In this document: piece after piece, positions 23,159 to 35,740 of the stretch | How positions within the stretch are numbered: the stretch's first letter is position 1 | Layout of the letters: every line of letters begins with the position of its first letter | Source: Macrostomum lignano | Taxonomy: Eukaryota | NCBI GenBank assembly: GCA_002269645.1 | Contig: NIVC01004553.1 | Span: 1 to 42,225 of the forward strand | DNA: 42,225 nt | Direction of reading: 5' to 3' | Translations under genes and position numbers: made by a program | The notes under the pieces: generated by a model | Seen by the model: the letters and a program-made list of their open reading frames with translations, nothing else | Told to the model about the DNA's origin: nothing | Database searches by the model: none

Positions 23159-23189
<31 letters not shown>

Positions 23190-23304
23190 TTTTCTGTCTG
23201 TCTGTCTGTCTGTCTGTGTCTGTGTCTGTCTGTCTTAGTGTCTGTCTGTCTGTCTGTCTGCCTGCCTGTCTGCCTGTCTGTCTTAGTGTCTGTCTGTCTG
23301 TCTG

Positions 23305-23341
<37 letters not shown>

Positions 23342-23362
23342 GTCTGTCTATCTGTCTGTCTG

Positions 23363-23401
<39 letters not shown>

Positions 23402-23514
23402 GTCTGTCTGTCTGTCTGTCTGTCTTAGTGTCTGTCTGTCTGTCTGTCTGTCTGTCTGCCTGCCTGTCTGCCTGCCTGTCTGCCTGTCTGTCTTAGTGTC
23501 TGTCTGTCTGTCTG

Positions 23515-23587
<73 letters not shown>

Positions 23588-23590
23588 TTT

Positions 23591-23625
<35 letters not shown>

Positions 23626-23700
23626 GTCTGTCTGTCTGTGTCTGTCTGTCTGTCTGTCTGTCTTAGTGTCTGTCTGTCTGTGTCTGTCTGCCTGCCTGCC
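22865..23700. repeat. (TCTG)n microsatellite with CCTG, TGTC and CTTAGTG variants
   Basis: Directly visible. The VCLS-repeat ORFs are artefacts. Confidence 0.97.
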
Positions 23701-24164
23701 TGTAGCTGCAGTCGTGAGAGGTGCGCGCGCGCATCTTTGATTAAGTAAAAGTTTTTTTCCTCTCTTTCTTTTTTGTTTTACCATTTTACTCTCCTTTGTT
23801 TCATTCAGCGCTGCCGGTCTTTCTTCTGTCAAGACCCCGACCCCTTCTTCCCTTGCCTACCCTGCCGCTTGTGTACCCTGCCGTTTTGGACAAGTTTTTT
23901 TTCATATTTTTCTACGTGACATAATTGCTTTAAATTTAGTTCTCACCTTCGATGTTGTATTGTATTGATTGCGATTTTTTACATTTAAAGTACAAGTGAA
24001 GAAGACTGAAAGAACGCGCTCTGTTGCTAGGCAGTTATCGTTATTATCACTGAGCTGTGCGAATTCGGCGTCTTGTATATTGCCAACTGGTGCAGAGCTT
24101 TGCCACACGAATCGGAATTGGGAATTTAGGAATCGGGTTCAGTATATTAAAAAATCAGGATTGC

Positions 24165-24480
24165 GATCAGTATATTTAGGAATCGGGATTGGGATCAGGA
24201 TATTTGGGGATCGGGATTGGGATAAGGATATTTGAGGATCAAGATTGGGATCAGGATACTTGGGGACCGGGATTGGGATCAGGATGCTTGGGGACCGGGA
24301 TTATCATCAGGATATTTAAGGATCGGGATTGGGATCAGGATACTTGGGGACCGGGATTGGGATCAGGATGCTTGGGGACCGGGATTATCATCAGGATATT
24401 TGAGGATCGGGATTGGGATCAGAATATTTGGTGATCAGGAATGGGATCAGGAGAATTCAGAAACAGGATTGGGATAAAAA
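24165..24480. repeat. 28-bp minisatellite GATCGGGATTGGGATCAGGATATTTGGG with an 84-bp (3-unit) higher-order duplication
   Basis: Tandem units are visible just upstream of Arp3. Confidence 0.9.
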
Positions 24481-24668
24481 GCTTCCTTAAGGCCAGAATC
24501 ATGGGGCTCGGTACTACCGGGATGAGGATCTCATGTTTAGTAGTTTTGTGACCTGGGTCTCAAAGATTCCCTAGAGTACATTCCCACAACTCAAAGCGGT
24601 CTGTGCAAAGCTATAAAAGTGGTACAAAAGCATGAAAACAAACATCTCCCCCCGCAGCTCCAGCAGCC

Positions 24669-25922
24669 ATGGCAGGCAGGCTTCCAGCGGTTGTCATTGA
24701 CAACGGCACCGGCTACTCCAAGATGGGCTACGCTGGCAACAGCGAGCCTCAGTTCATTATGCCCAGCTGCATCGGCATCAAGGAGGCTGCCAAAGTTGGC
24801 ACCAAGGAGTCCAGGCGCCTCGGCACCGGCCTGGATGATTTGAATTTCTACATCGGCGACGAGGCGCTGACGGTGGCCAGCAGCTACGCCACCAAGTGGC
24901 CGATCCGGCACGGCCAGGTGGACGACTGGGACCTGATGGAGCGCTTCTACGAGCAGGCCATCTTCAAGTACCTGCGCGCCGAGCCGGAAGATCACTACTT
25001 CCTGCTGACTGAGCCACCATTGAACACCCCGGAGAACCGGGAGTACACCGCCGAGATCATGTTCGAGACGTTCAACGTCCCTGGACTGTACATCGCTGTG
25101 CAGGCGGTGCTGGCCCTGGCCGCCAGCTGGACCACCAGGCCGGAGGGCGAGCGAACCCTCACCGGGGTTGTCATAGACTCCGGCGACGGTGTCACCCACG
25201 TCATCCCGGTGGCCGACGGCTACGTCATCGGCAGCTGCATTCAGCATATCCCCATCGCCGGCCGCGACATCACTTTCTTCATTCAGCAGCTGCTGCGCGA
25301 ACGCGAGGTGGGCATCCCGCCGGACATGAGCATGGACACCGCCAAGGCCATCAAGGAGCGCTACTGCTACGTGTGCCCGGACATCGCGAAGGAGTTCAAC
25401 AAGTACGACGCGGAGAGCTCCAAGTGGATTAAGACGTACACGAGCATCAACCCCATCAACAATGCCCCGTTCACTGTGGATGTCGGCTACGAGAGATTCT
25501 TGGCCCCCGAGATCTTCTTCCACCCGGAGTTTGCCAACCCGGACTTCCAGACTCCGCTGTCCGAAGCCGTGGACAACGTGATCCAGGCCTGCCCCATCGA
25601 CAACCGGCGCGGCCTGTACAAGAACATCGTGCTGAGCGGCGGCTCCAGCATGTTCAAAGACCTCGGCAAACGGCTGCAGCGCGACATCAAGCGAGCATCG
25701 GACAGCCGCCTGAAGGCTGTGGAGGCGTTCAGCGGCCAGAAGCCGACCCCAATCGAGGTGAACGTTTTCTCGCACGCCAAGCAGCGCTACGCTGTCTGGT
25801 TCGGCGGCTCCCTGGTGGCCTCCACCAACGAGTTCTACTCGGTGTCCCACACCAAAGAACAGTACATGGAATACGGAGCCAGCATCTGCCGACACAACCC
25901 GGTTTTCGGCGCCATGACCTGA
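24669..25922 (+). CDS. ACTR3: Actin-related protein 3 (417 aa), intronless
   Basis: [24 protein letters not shown]...[53 protein letters not shown]...[12 protein letters not shown]. Confidence 0.98.
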   Translation: MAGRLPAVVIDNGTGYSKMGYAGNSEPQFIMPSCIGIKEAAKVGTKESRRLGTGLDDLNFYIGDEALTVASSYATKWPIRHGQVDDWDLMERFYEQAIFKYLRAEPEDHYFLLTEPPLNTPENREYTAEIMFETFNVPGLYIAVQAVLALAASWTTRPEGERTLTGVVIDSGDGVTHVIPVADGYVIGSCIQHIPIAGRDITFFIQQLLREREVGIPPDMSMDTAKAIKERYCYVCPDIAKEFNKYDAESSKWIKTYTSINPINNAPFTVDVGYERFLAPEIFFHPEFANPDFQTPLSEAVDNVIQACPIDNRRGLYKNIVLSGGSSMFKDLGKRLQRDIKRASDSRLKAVEAFSGQKPTPIEVNVFSHAKQRYAVWFGGSLVASTNEFYSVSHTKEQYMEYGASICRHNPVFGAMT

Positions 25923-26583
25923 ACTGGCTGGCCGAACTTGGCTCATCGAATCACTGTGTCTCTCTGTGTACTCCTGCTTTCCATTTTTAATGACAATAAC
26001 CTTTGAATCCTACCTGTACTCGGCCTACGATTTCTTAATTGGAATGACTGATCACTAGGCACTGTTGAAATTGTTTAAATGCCTTTTTAAAGGCCGATTT
26101 TTATGTAAAATTATGTTTTTTTTAATATAGAGGCGGTTCCGCGTCTTTCTAATTCAGAACTGTTTGCTTGGACTTGGCAAGCAGCTTTCAATAGAGTTTT
26201 GTCAGCAAATTCGGATCTACTACTAGTAGTAATAATGAAATGGTTATACAGTATATATGTTTGCACCGCCGATTACAATAGTTCAGTGCAGATCCGCCCC
26301 CCCAAATATTCAGCCGCTATATTCAAGTTTACATTCTCCTGCCACACATTCGGAGCTGGTTCAAGTTCCTGGCGGCGGGGTTGTGTTTTTAATTAGTTAT
26401 ATTATATTCATGGTTCAACTCATTATATCGGTACTCGAGTTTGCATGCATATCATGATGCGTATATACATTTCTGTTTTCAAGCCAATGCATGTGGCATC
26501 TCAACTTGCGGTAGTTTCCCTAACTACGAACCTTTGCCCCAAATGGAAAATCCCATTTAGAAGCCTAACTAAATAGGAGTTCA

Positions 26584-26830
26584 CATTCTAGACTCCCTTT
26601 CTAGGAATGTACCTTAAGCTTCTCATTCTAGACTCCCTTTTTAGGAATGTATCTTTTAGATTCCCATTCTAGACTGCCTTTTTAGGAAAGTATCTTTTAG
26701 ATTCCCATTCTAGACTCCCTTTCTAGGAATGTACCTTTGGATTCCCATTCTAGACTCCCCTTTTTAGGAATGTACCTTTAGACTCCCATCCAGACTCCCT
26801 TTCTAGGAATGTACCTTTAGATTCCCTATT
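26584..26830. repeat. Minisatellite, ~6 x 40-42 bp (CATTCTAGACTCCCTTTCTAGGAATGTACCTTTAGATTCC)
   Basis: Tandem units, each with an imperfect internal inverted repeat CATTCTAGA/TCTAGGAATG. Confidence 0.9.
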
Positions 26831-27254
26831 TAGAGAAAATGATTGAATTCTGTTACTTCTTAAGAATTTCCTTTTAGGAATACCGTTTGGATATCTTTTC
26901 TAAGATAAGTGTCTTTGTAGATAAGTAATAAAATGAATACAACATTCAAATCCTGTTTTTTAGACTTGTTCAATTAGACAAACTTCTTATGCAGATAGTG
27001 ATGGAATGATCCACGGTCGCGTCCCTGTTTAAGCTTCGGCTTATAAGATATAAATATAGTTTTTTTCGTTATTGTATTGTGCTTTTTTACCTGCCGCCGC
27101 TGTCAATACTTGATTCAGTTTATGATTCTGACTGAGTTAATTGCTTCCCAAGAGCGACCGCGTTTTGATCGAATGATTATCCATGCCGCCTATCTTAAAA
27201 TATATATCGTGTCTATTCAGTTCTCCCAATGAAGTGCTATCCCCGCATCGGTGA

Positions 27255-27292
27255 TGACGTCACTTACTGATAATACACGCCCGACAGCCAAT
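27255..27292 (+). promoter_or_regulatory. CRE palindrome TGACGTCA and CCAAT box upstream of POLR1E
   Basis: Exact consensus matches at 27255-27262 and 27288-27292. Function is unproven. Confidence 0.35.
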
Positions 27293-27391
27293 AATAGCCA
27301 TCGCGTTGCAAACTAACGTCTGCTCTGATTGTCAAATTTCTGTTAACTGTTGGCTGGCTGACTCTTATTTTTTTCAACCAGGATATCCACG

Positions 27392-28181
<790 letters not shown>

Positions 28182-28404
28182 ATTAGGTTGTTATTACTTC
28201 ATACAAGTGACATTCAGGTGCAGAATTCTCTGTTCCCCATAGTACCCCATAGCTACGTAGACATCTAGTCTAACTGAAGTTCTTATCACGAATTCACATC
28301 ATATGCGAGCACCCGATAAGCTACTCAATTTGTTTGCTCTCATGCAGCCCGCTCCGTTGCCGGCTCCAATCCATACCCGATAGCTATCGCCAATTCGAGC
28401 AGCA

Positions 28405-30723
28405 ATGGTCAAGGCGGCCAAGGCCAAGACTAAATACGCTGTTGGTAAGCCTTTGCTGGTCTGTGCAATCTTAGCAACTCAAATTAATTTGGTACCCAAG
28501 CACAGCTAAATTCCCACCCTCTCCCCGATCACAGCGTACTTCTCGTCGCAGATCAACGCGGATGAAAACAAAGACCTGGAGATCTGTGTTCACCGCGACG
28601 CGGACAACACGGAGAAGAGCTATGTGAGAATGCTTTTAAATTGTCTTTTCCGCATCTTCCACTTTTGGAGTCTTCAGAATCACAACAGCCTCCATTCTTA
28701 ATAGATTCTCAAAACTGATACCAGTCGCAATATCACAGACCTTCGTTACCCAAACTGCCCTCTGACAGTACAAATTCATCAGTATTCGCTCTCTTCATCA
28801 ATTCTTCAGTCGTGCCGCACCTCTGGCGGCCTGCAGTGGACAGGACGTGACGACTCCCGCCTGGCCTTCGCCACCCGCCTGGTGCTGCTGGCCCGCGACC
28901 GCGGCACCGGCCGCGTCTCCATCCTGTCGCCCTCGGTTGACGCCGTCCGCTTCCTGCCGCAGTGCGTCGTTGACGCACCCGAGGCCGCCGGCGACGATGC
29001 CGCGGCCAGCGGCCGGAAGCGCACGGCGCAGCAGGCCGCCACCGCTATGTACGAGGAGTTCGGCAGCACGGCAAAGAAGCGGCGCATCGCCGAGTCCAAG
29101 CGGCTTAATGCCACCGTGACCTCGCGCGACCTCAAAGCCGCCGTGTCGGCTGCCAACCGCCGACTGGAAGCCGCTGCCACTACTTTGCCGGGCGGTGCCG
29201 CTGAAGCAACAACAGCGGCCGGCGATGTCGGCGGAGATCCGACAGCCTCGCTGCTGCCGCCCCGCAATCCCTCGGCCACTCAGCCGGCCGGAATCTATGG
29301 CCCGGACGCAGTCTGCCCGGCAAAGCTGCGGGCCGCCCTGCTGCCCGAGGCGGAGCGCCTGGCTGCGTCCGGCCCCGCCGACTGGGCCGCCTGGCGCTCG
29401 GAGGCCGCCTACCCGGACTCGCTGGTGCTGCAGCGGCTGCCCCAGGCGCCAACGGAGCCGTCGGCCAGGCTGAGCCACTGCGTCCGGCTGGCCATGCTGG
29501 CCTGCATGCGCAAGTTCTACGGCTTCTCCTACAAGATGGTGAATCGAAAGGGGCCGCTGCCGGACCTGCCAGAGGAGGTTGGCAGCTACCTGCTGGCGAA
29601 CTACACTCTGCTGGTGAGTCTAAAGTACACAGCTACTGTTGCTTATTTTTCCAATAAAACACAAATTCATATTGCCTACTGTCAGTAAGCTGTAGGTCTT
29701 TAATAATAATGTCTAAAGATTAATAACAGTATAAACTACAAAATTCACTGTAAGGTGGCCGGTGTTGCGGAGATATGCATGCAGTGCAGAGGCAATGCGA
29801 GCCAGCTTCATCTATTTTTGCAAGTTATTTTCACAACAGAGTGAACTGCAGCCCTGAGCTGCTGCCCAATCACAGCAGGGTGAACTGCAGCTCAGAGCTG
29901 CTGCCCAATCACAGCAGGGTGAACTGCAGCTCAGAGCTGCTGCCCAATCACAGCAGGGTGAACTGCAGCTCAGAGCTGCTGCCCAATCACAGCAGGGTGA
30001 ACTGCAGCTCAGAGCTGCTGCCCAATCACAGCAGGGTGAACTGCAGCTCAGAACTGCTGCCCAATCACAGCAGAGTGAACTGCAGCTCAGAGCTGCTGCC
30101 CAATCACAGCAGAGTGAACTGCAGCTCAGAGCTGCTGCCCAATCACAGCAGGGTGAACTGCAGCTCAGAACTGCTGCCCAATCACAGCAGAGTGAACTGC
30201 AGCTCAGAGCTGCTGCCCAATCACAGCAGGGTGAACTGCAGCTCAGAACTGCTGCCCAATCACAGCAGGGTGAACTGCAGCTCAGTCTGATTGACAGCAT
30301 AGAGTTATCAGCTGCGTACTAACCGCGGCCAACTGTGCTTAACCTGCCAAATCTGGTCCAAGAAGAGCATCCCTTCGTATTATCATTTATTTCCCGGTCG
30401 ATATCGCTTGTCCAACTACTTTTAGAAGTCCTTGTTTGTAACCGAGTAGCCGGTCTCCATTCCAGATGACCACCGGCTCGGGACAGCAGCAGCGGGCGCT
30501 GCCGAAGATCATGAAGGACAAGCAGCTGATGCACATGATCATCCTCTGCCTTCAGCTGGACGGCTTCGCCACCGAGACCCCCGGCCTGATGTCCGAGTTT
30601 CGACTGGCCTCCGACAAGCTGCACCGCCTGCTGAAGTCCATCGGCTGCGAGCTGGCCACGGAAAAATTGAGCAGCGGCCAGCAGGGCAAAGTGGCCCGGC
30701 TGAAGGCTCCGATCTCTAAATAG
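28405..30723 (+). CDS. POLR1E: RNA polymerase I subunit A49/PAF53 (~396 aa, 4 exons)
   Basis: Exons 28405-28444, 28535-28623, 28810-29613 and 30466-30723 join in frame via GT-AG introns. The C-terminus KDKQLMHMIILCLQLDGF...LLKSIGC...VARLKAPI fits the RPA49 family. Confidence 0.85.
29832..30287. repeat. Intronic minisatellite, ~12 x 39 bp with internal palindrome GCAGCTC-A-GAGCTGC
   Basis: Unit CACAGCAGGGTGAACTGCAGCTCAGAGCTGCTGCCCAAT, lying in POLR1E intron 3. Confidence 0.95.
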
Positions 30724-31095
30724 TCTCTCTTGTTGCTATCATCGCTGTGTACTTTCTGAGCACTTTTATTACTAGTTCTCATTACAGTGCCAAGGTTTCT
30801 CAACTTGGCGTCTTTTGATGGCTTTTATGGCGGCGTGTGAGCCAACCACAGGCTGTAAGCGAGTTCTCTGCTAGTTACCGCCGAAGTCTTGCTTGGAAAC
30901 CTGATCCGGTAGTACTGTGGAAAAATGCGTCCTTCTTGGCTATGGCTTCTCGCATTTTTACAGTATCGCATTAACAAATATAAAATTACTTTGTTGTTGG
31001 CGTCTTAACCGATTTGCTTGGACTGAATCGAATGTTGAATCAATTAGAATTTCGTTTTTGCTTATTCTTGAAGCCTCAAGTGTGGCTTAAAATTA

Positions 31096-31353
31096 TGTAG
31101 TAAGGATTTATGGAGGAGAGTTTAACTACGAGAGACGGACGGCTGCAAGCAAGGGGCAGCCTTTCAATAGAGCGAGGGAAATGCCCTGCCTTGTATTGAT
31201 CGGGCTTGAAGAATAAATATACACACAATGGCCGCCACCCCTGCTGGGCCTGGCCGCTCCGGCATTTATAAATACCCGGAGCCCCGGTGGCCTGTGGCAA
31301 GACGCTCTTCTATTGACAACAGAAGCCAATATCTTCTATGGGGTTACGTAACA
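31096..31353 (+). mobile_element. LTR-like fragment (TGTAGTA...CGTAACA, 258 bp)
   Basis: TGT...ACA termini, internal TATAAATA near 31267, followed by GCGCAGCGG resembling a tRNA-Ser-type primer binding site lacking TG. No TSD and no second LTR seen. Confidence 0.4.
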
Positions 31354-32738
31354 GCGCAGCGGAATGCCAGGAAGACCCTCCGTTCCTCCCTAGGGGGAAG
31401 CCACCCATTCATTGATTTGAAATTTCTTGTGATCGTTAATATCCACTGCAGAGTTATTGCTGAGCAGCTGGGTGCTCACATGTAAATACATTAGTTAGCC
31501 GACTCCAAGCATCCACAGGCAGTCCCATGCTACTCTCGTCTTATACGTTGAGTCCTTACTTAGGAGCAGTCAGGATGGCTGCTTCTCTCCGCACCGCTTC
31601 CTTCAGGGTCAGGTGGTCCCCGAGAAGCGTCGCTCAGGCAGTGAAAGCGCTGAGCACTTTATCTGCCATTGCTCGGTTTTCACCAGGGCCAGGCTCACTC
31701 GCCTTGGGCAAGCGGGTTCTCCCCAACTTTGCAGGCCTGAGAGCATCCCGCTGCTCGCCCTGAGTCCCCCTGAGAGACATCACTTACGAGTAGATGGAAA
31801 TTGTTAGTTGCTAGGGGCTAGCGGAATGGGAGGTTCCTTCTGCCACCACGCTGCATCCGCCAGTCAATGACCCTGCAGCCAAGTCAAAGTACATGTAAGT
31901 CAGGTCTCAGGCTAACAATTAATTAGCATTAATAAATATATAGTGATGATGACTGAAAAGCGAAATTTGCCTTGTAAATCAAGATGATTTTATTGATGCC
32001 GAAAGGACACTTCAAATTAATTTATATAAAAAAACACTTCAAGCGAGACGCGCAGACTGGCGGGAATCAACAACTGCACAGGGAATTGGTTAGTTGATGA
32101 AGCGGCAAAGCTTCTGGAGAGATAATTTTTTGAAGAAAAAACACTGGACCGGCCGGAATAGCAGCTAGATAAAAGTACATTGGTACCGCTTGGAATTAGG
32201 TCAGTAATAATAATAATAATGCCTGTAAAAATTGCAAGCTGGATATGGCTCGAGTTAAAACATTAAGCTGACAATTAGCGAACACTGGAGTTGAGCACAC
32301 AAATAGGTGTGTGGATAAAGTTGCACTCAAATAATTTCATATACACAATAGCAATAACAGAAAATACGACACCTACTGCAGCGATCAGCATCAGCTCAGA
32401 CTAGGGCGGCGGCAAAGCCAAGGAAAATTGGTACAAAACCGGAAAAAAATTACCATCATCAAAAGCACTATGAATAAATATTGCTGCGTTCGTGCAAAAA
32501 TAACAGAGAAAAAAAGCAATGCTGAACATTTACAGGAAAAATAGAAGCAAAGCTAGCTTAGAAATTGCATTATAAAATAACAAAAAAGTAAGCCAAAAAA
32601 GAAACGCACGAGATTGAGAAGTTCATGCAATAGCAGACACGCCGCGGTAGAGCATTGCAACACTGTAGTACACGAGCTGTATGAAATGTACAAATAATAC
32701 AAGCGAGACATACACATCAACAGCTCTTGATGAGAATG

Positions 32739-35700
32739 TCAGCACTGAGAACCGCTGTGCGACTGCAGCGTGCCCGCGGCTGACGAGCCCCCGGATGAGC
32801 AGCCGTTGGACAGCCGGAGAATGTGCATCTCTTTGGTCTCCAGGTCCACAGACAGCTGCTGAGCCTCCGCCTCGAGACGTTGGGATCGTTTAGTCAGCTG
32901 CAGATAGTTCATCTGCAGCTGCTTCTGATAGTTCAGCACCTGCGACTTCTCCTCCAGCCATTGGGCGCGCTCTTGGTCGAACTCGGACTTCTGCGGAATG
33001 GGGGCGGGCGGGGAGACTGCAGTCAGCATCAGTGCATTAGGGAGGCTGCAGTCAGCATCAGTGCACACTGGGGAGGCTGCAGTCAGCATCAGTGCACACT
33101 GGGGAGGCTGCAGTCAGCATCAGTGCATTATGGAGGCTGCAGTCAGCATCAGTGCACACTGGGGAGGCTGCAGTCAGCATCAGTGCACACTGGGGAGGCT
33201 GCAGTCAGCATCAGTGCATTATGGAGGCTGCAGTCAGCATCAGTGCACACTGGGGAGGCTGCAGTCAGCATCAGTGCACACTGGGGAGGCTGCAGTCAGC
33301 ATCAGTGCATTAGGGAGGCTGCAGTCAGCATCAGTGCACACTGGGGAGGCTGCAGTCAGCATCAGTGCACACTGGGGAGGCTGCAGTCAGTCAGCATCAG
33401 TGCACACTGGGGAGGCTGCAGTCAGCATCAGTGCATTAGGGAGGCTGCAGTCAGCATCAGTGCACACTGGGGAGGCTGCAGTCAGCATCAGTGCACACTG
33501 GGGAGGCTGCAGTCAGTCAGCATCAGTGCACACTGGGGAGGCTGCAGTCAGCATCAGTGCATTAGGGAGGCTGCAGTCAGCATCAGTGCACACTGGGGAG
33601 GCTGCAGTCAGCATCAGTGCACACTGGGGAGGCTGCAGTCAGTCAGCATCAGTGCACACTGGGGAGGCTGCAGTCAGCATCAGTGCATTAGGGAGGCTGC
33701 AGTCAGCATCAGTGCACACTGGGGAGGCTGCAGTCAGCATCAGTGCACACTGGGGAGGCTGCAGTCAGTCAGCATCAGTGCACACTGGGGAGGCTGCAGT
33801 CAGCATCAGTGCACTGGGGAGGCTGCAGTCAGCAAGATAAGCATGGCACAGAGACCCTCACCTGCTCCTCCAGCTGAGTCCGCAAAGCCGCCAACTCATC
33901 CAGCAGCTGCTGTCGCTGCTCTAGACCACCGCCGCCGCTATCGCTGTCTTTGGGAGCACCAGAAGTCGCCGTCGCATCGGTCTGGCATGACCGATCGGCA
34001 GTCGACACCGCGCCTCTGTCAGCGTCGTCATCGGCCACGCCGTTGTCATCGTTATCGTTGGCCCGCCGGCTGCGCTGCCGGCGCAGCTCCCAGGTGGCGG
34101 CGTCCAGCGACTCCCGCGACGCGGCCAAGCTGGCTTCGAGCTGCTGCACTCGGCCGGACCGGTCGCGCAGCTCCGCCTCCGCAGTCCGCAGCTGCGACTT
34201 CAACGACTGCAACTCGTCCAGGTGCGTCTGGGCCTGCAGCCGGAGATCGTTGATGGCCTGTTCGGATTGGCGAAGCCGCCGGTTGCCAAGGGAGACGGCC
34301 GGAGTGAGGCGCGCGTTCAGCGCCATCTCGTTGCGCAGCTGTGGCGGGGCGAAGGCGAAAGGAAAATGAAACGAAAATGTCTCTCCAGCAATATGGGAAA
34401 TGTTTTTTAGACTTCGAATAAAGCTACCCAGAAACCCAGGTAGAGACGGCGGACTCACTCGACTCTCCAGCTCGCCCTGCCGCTCCTCGAATACTCGCAC
34501 CAGGGCGGACTCATTCTGCTCCATAGTCCGCCTCAGCTCGGCCAGCTCGTTATCCTTTTCCCGCAGCAGATTCTCATAGTCGGCCAGCAGCAGGCCGCTG
34601 TCGCTTGGCGAGGTGGCCGCGCACGCCGAGCTACGATCGTCGCCGTCGCCATCAACGTCGAAGTCGCAGTCTACGACGGCTGCCGATCGTGACAAGGACG
34701 GCTCCTGACTGCGACGACCGTAGCCGCTGACGTCGACGAAGCCGCTGTCGCCGCTAGGTGGAGTCACCGGGTGCTGCCGCTGCTGCTGCTGGAAGGCGCC
34801 GCCGCTGCTGCCGCCGTTGCCGATGCGGACGGGCCGGAAGGCGCTGGGCCGCAGGATGAGGCTGCCAAGGTTGGCCGACTGGGAATGCGGCATGGCGCAG
34901 GCGCCAGACGGCTGAGGGTCAGATAGAGTGTGCAAGGACTTTTAAATTAATTAGCATCTGGAATCGGAGGACTGTTTTGCAGCTGGTACGATTGTAATTC
35001 AACTGGCAGATATTACTAAATTAGTAAAAAAGCTTTCTAAAGTGTATTTTAATACAGTAGTCTATAAACGAAAAGCTCTAAGTAAGGCTTGAACGGCCAA
35101 TTAATTAATTAGCCAATACCTGGGAGACTGGCGGCACTCCGCTCGGCAACAGCCTGGGCGGCGGGTCCGCTTGCACAGACCGGAACATCAAGCCGCCGCC
35201 GGCCGCCCCACTCGAGCCGCTGTTGCCAGACGACATTAGAAGCTGTGGAGACGCTTCGCTGAGACTCTCCTGACTGCGCCAGCGACCGCTGCTGCTGCCG
35301 CGACTGCCAGAGCGAGCCTGCTGGCTGCCGCCGCCATTGCCGGCACGCGGGTCGGCATAGACGGGAGTGCGCTGCCCGGCCCGCCTGCCGGGCGACTGAG
35401 CCGACAGGCCTGCCGCATCTCTGTGCTGCAACTGCTGCTGAATGACCTGATGCTGCCGCTGCTGCTGCACGGCTGGGGGCACTGGCGCAGCGTTTGTCCG
35501 CTGCCTGTCCATAGTTGGATACTGCTGGTGCTGATACTGCGGCTGTGGCTGCCTCTGCAGACTGGCCGACCTCTGTCTGGCACCAAATATTTTGGCCAGC
35601 TCGGCTACAGACACCTGGGAGACCGGACTCGCGCCAGGTGCGGAGCGTTGCAAAGATTGTTGAGTCGCCTGCTGCTGCTTGGGAGCCGGCTGGTACTGAT

Positions 35701-35740
35701 GATACTGATGGGCGCCGTTGGGATTTGGTGCAGCAGTCAT
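32739..35740 (-). CDS. LZTS/Fez1-family coiled-coil protein (~600 aa, 4 exons)
   Basis: Exons 35740-35120, 34911-34459, 34338-33862 and 32990-32739, all phase 0 GT-AG. Motifs PPRLLPSG, LILRPSAFRPV, LREKDNELAELRRTMEQNESALVRVFEE and FDQERAQWLEEKSQVLNYQKQLQMNY are typical of the LZTS1-3/N4BP3 family. The start codon is uncertain. Confidence 0.85.
33010..33833. repeat. Intronic minisatellite, ~31-bp unit, with 126-bp four-unit higher-order repeat
   Basis: Unit GGGGAGGCTGCAGTCAGCATCAGTGCACACT. The CATTAG variant recurs at 33311, 33437, 33563 and 33689 (period 126). Confidence 0.95.

Noticed and set aside
24591-25946. 451-aa antisense ORF over Arp3, and similar antisense ORFs over DIM1, RPS20, SLMAP and the RT element
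   Set aside because: Expected shadow ORFs from GC3-rich codon usage; no recognisable motifs.
29832-30287. Palindromic ~39-bp repeat array resembling CRISPR (also 20502-20862 and 26584-26830)
   Set aside because: Units are head-to-tail with no unique spacers, there are no cas genes, and the context is eukaryotic and often intronic.
31280-31360. tRNA-Arg-like start GCCCCGGTGGCCT, or RNase MRP-like motif
   Set aside because: No B box or cloverleaf, and no P4 pseudoknot complementarity.
32823-34253. Long + strand ORFs (SISAHWGGCSQ repeats)
   Set aside because: Intronic minisatellite plus antisense of the LZTS-family exons.
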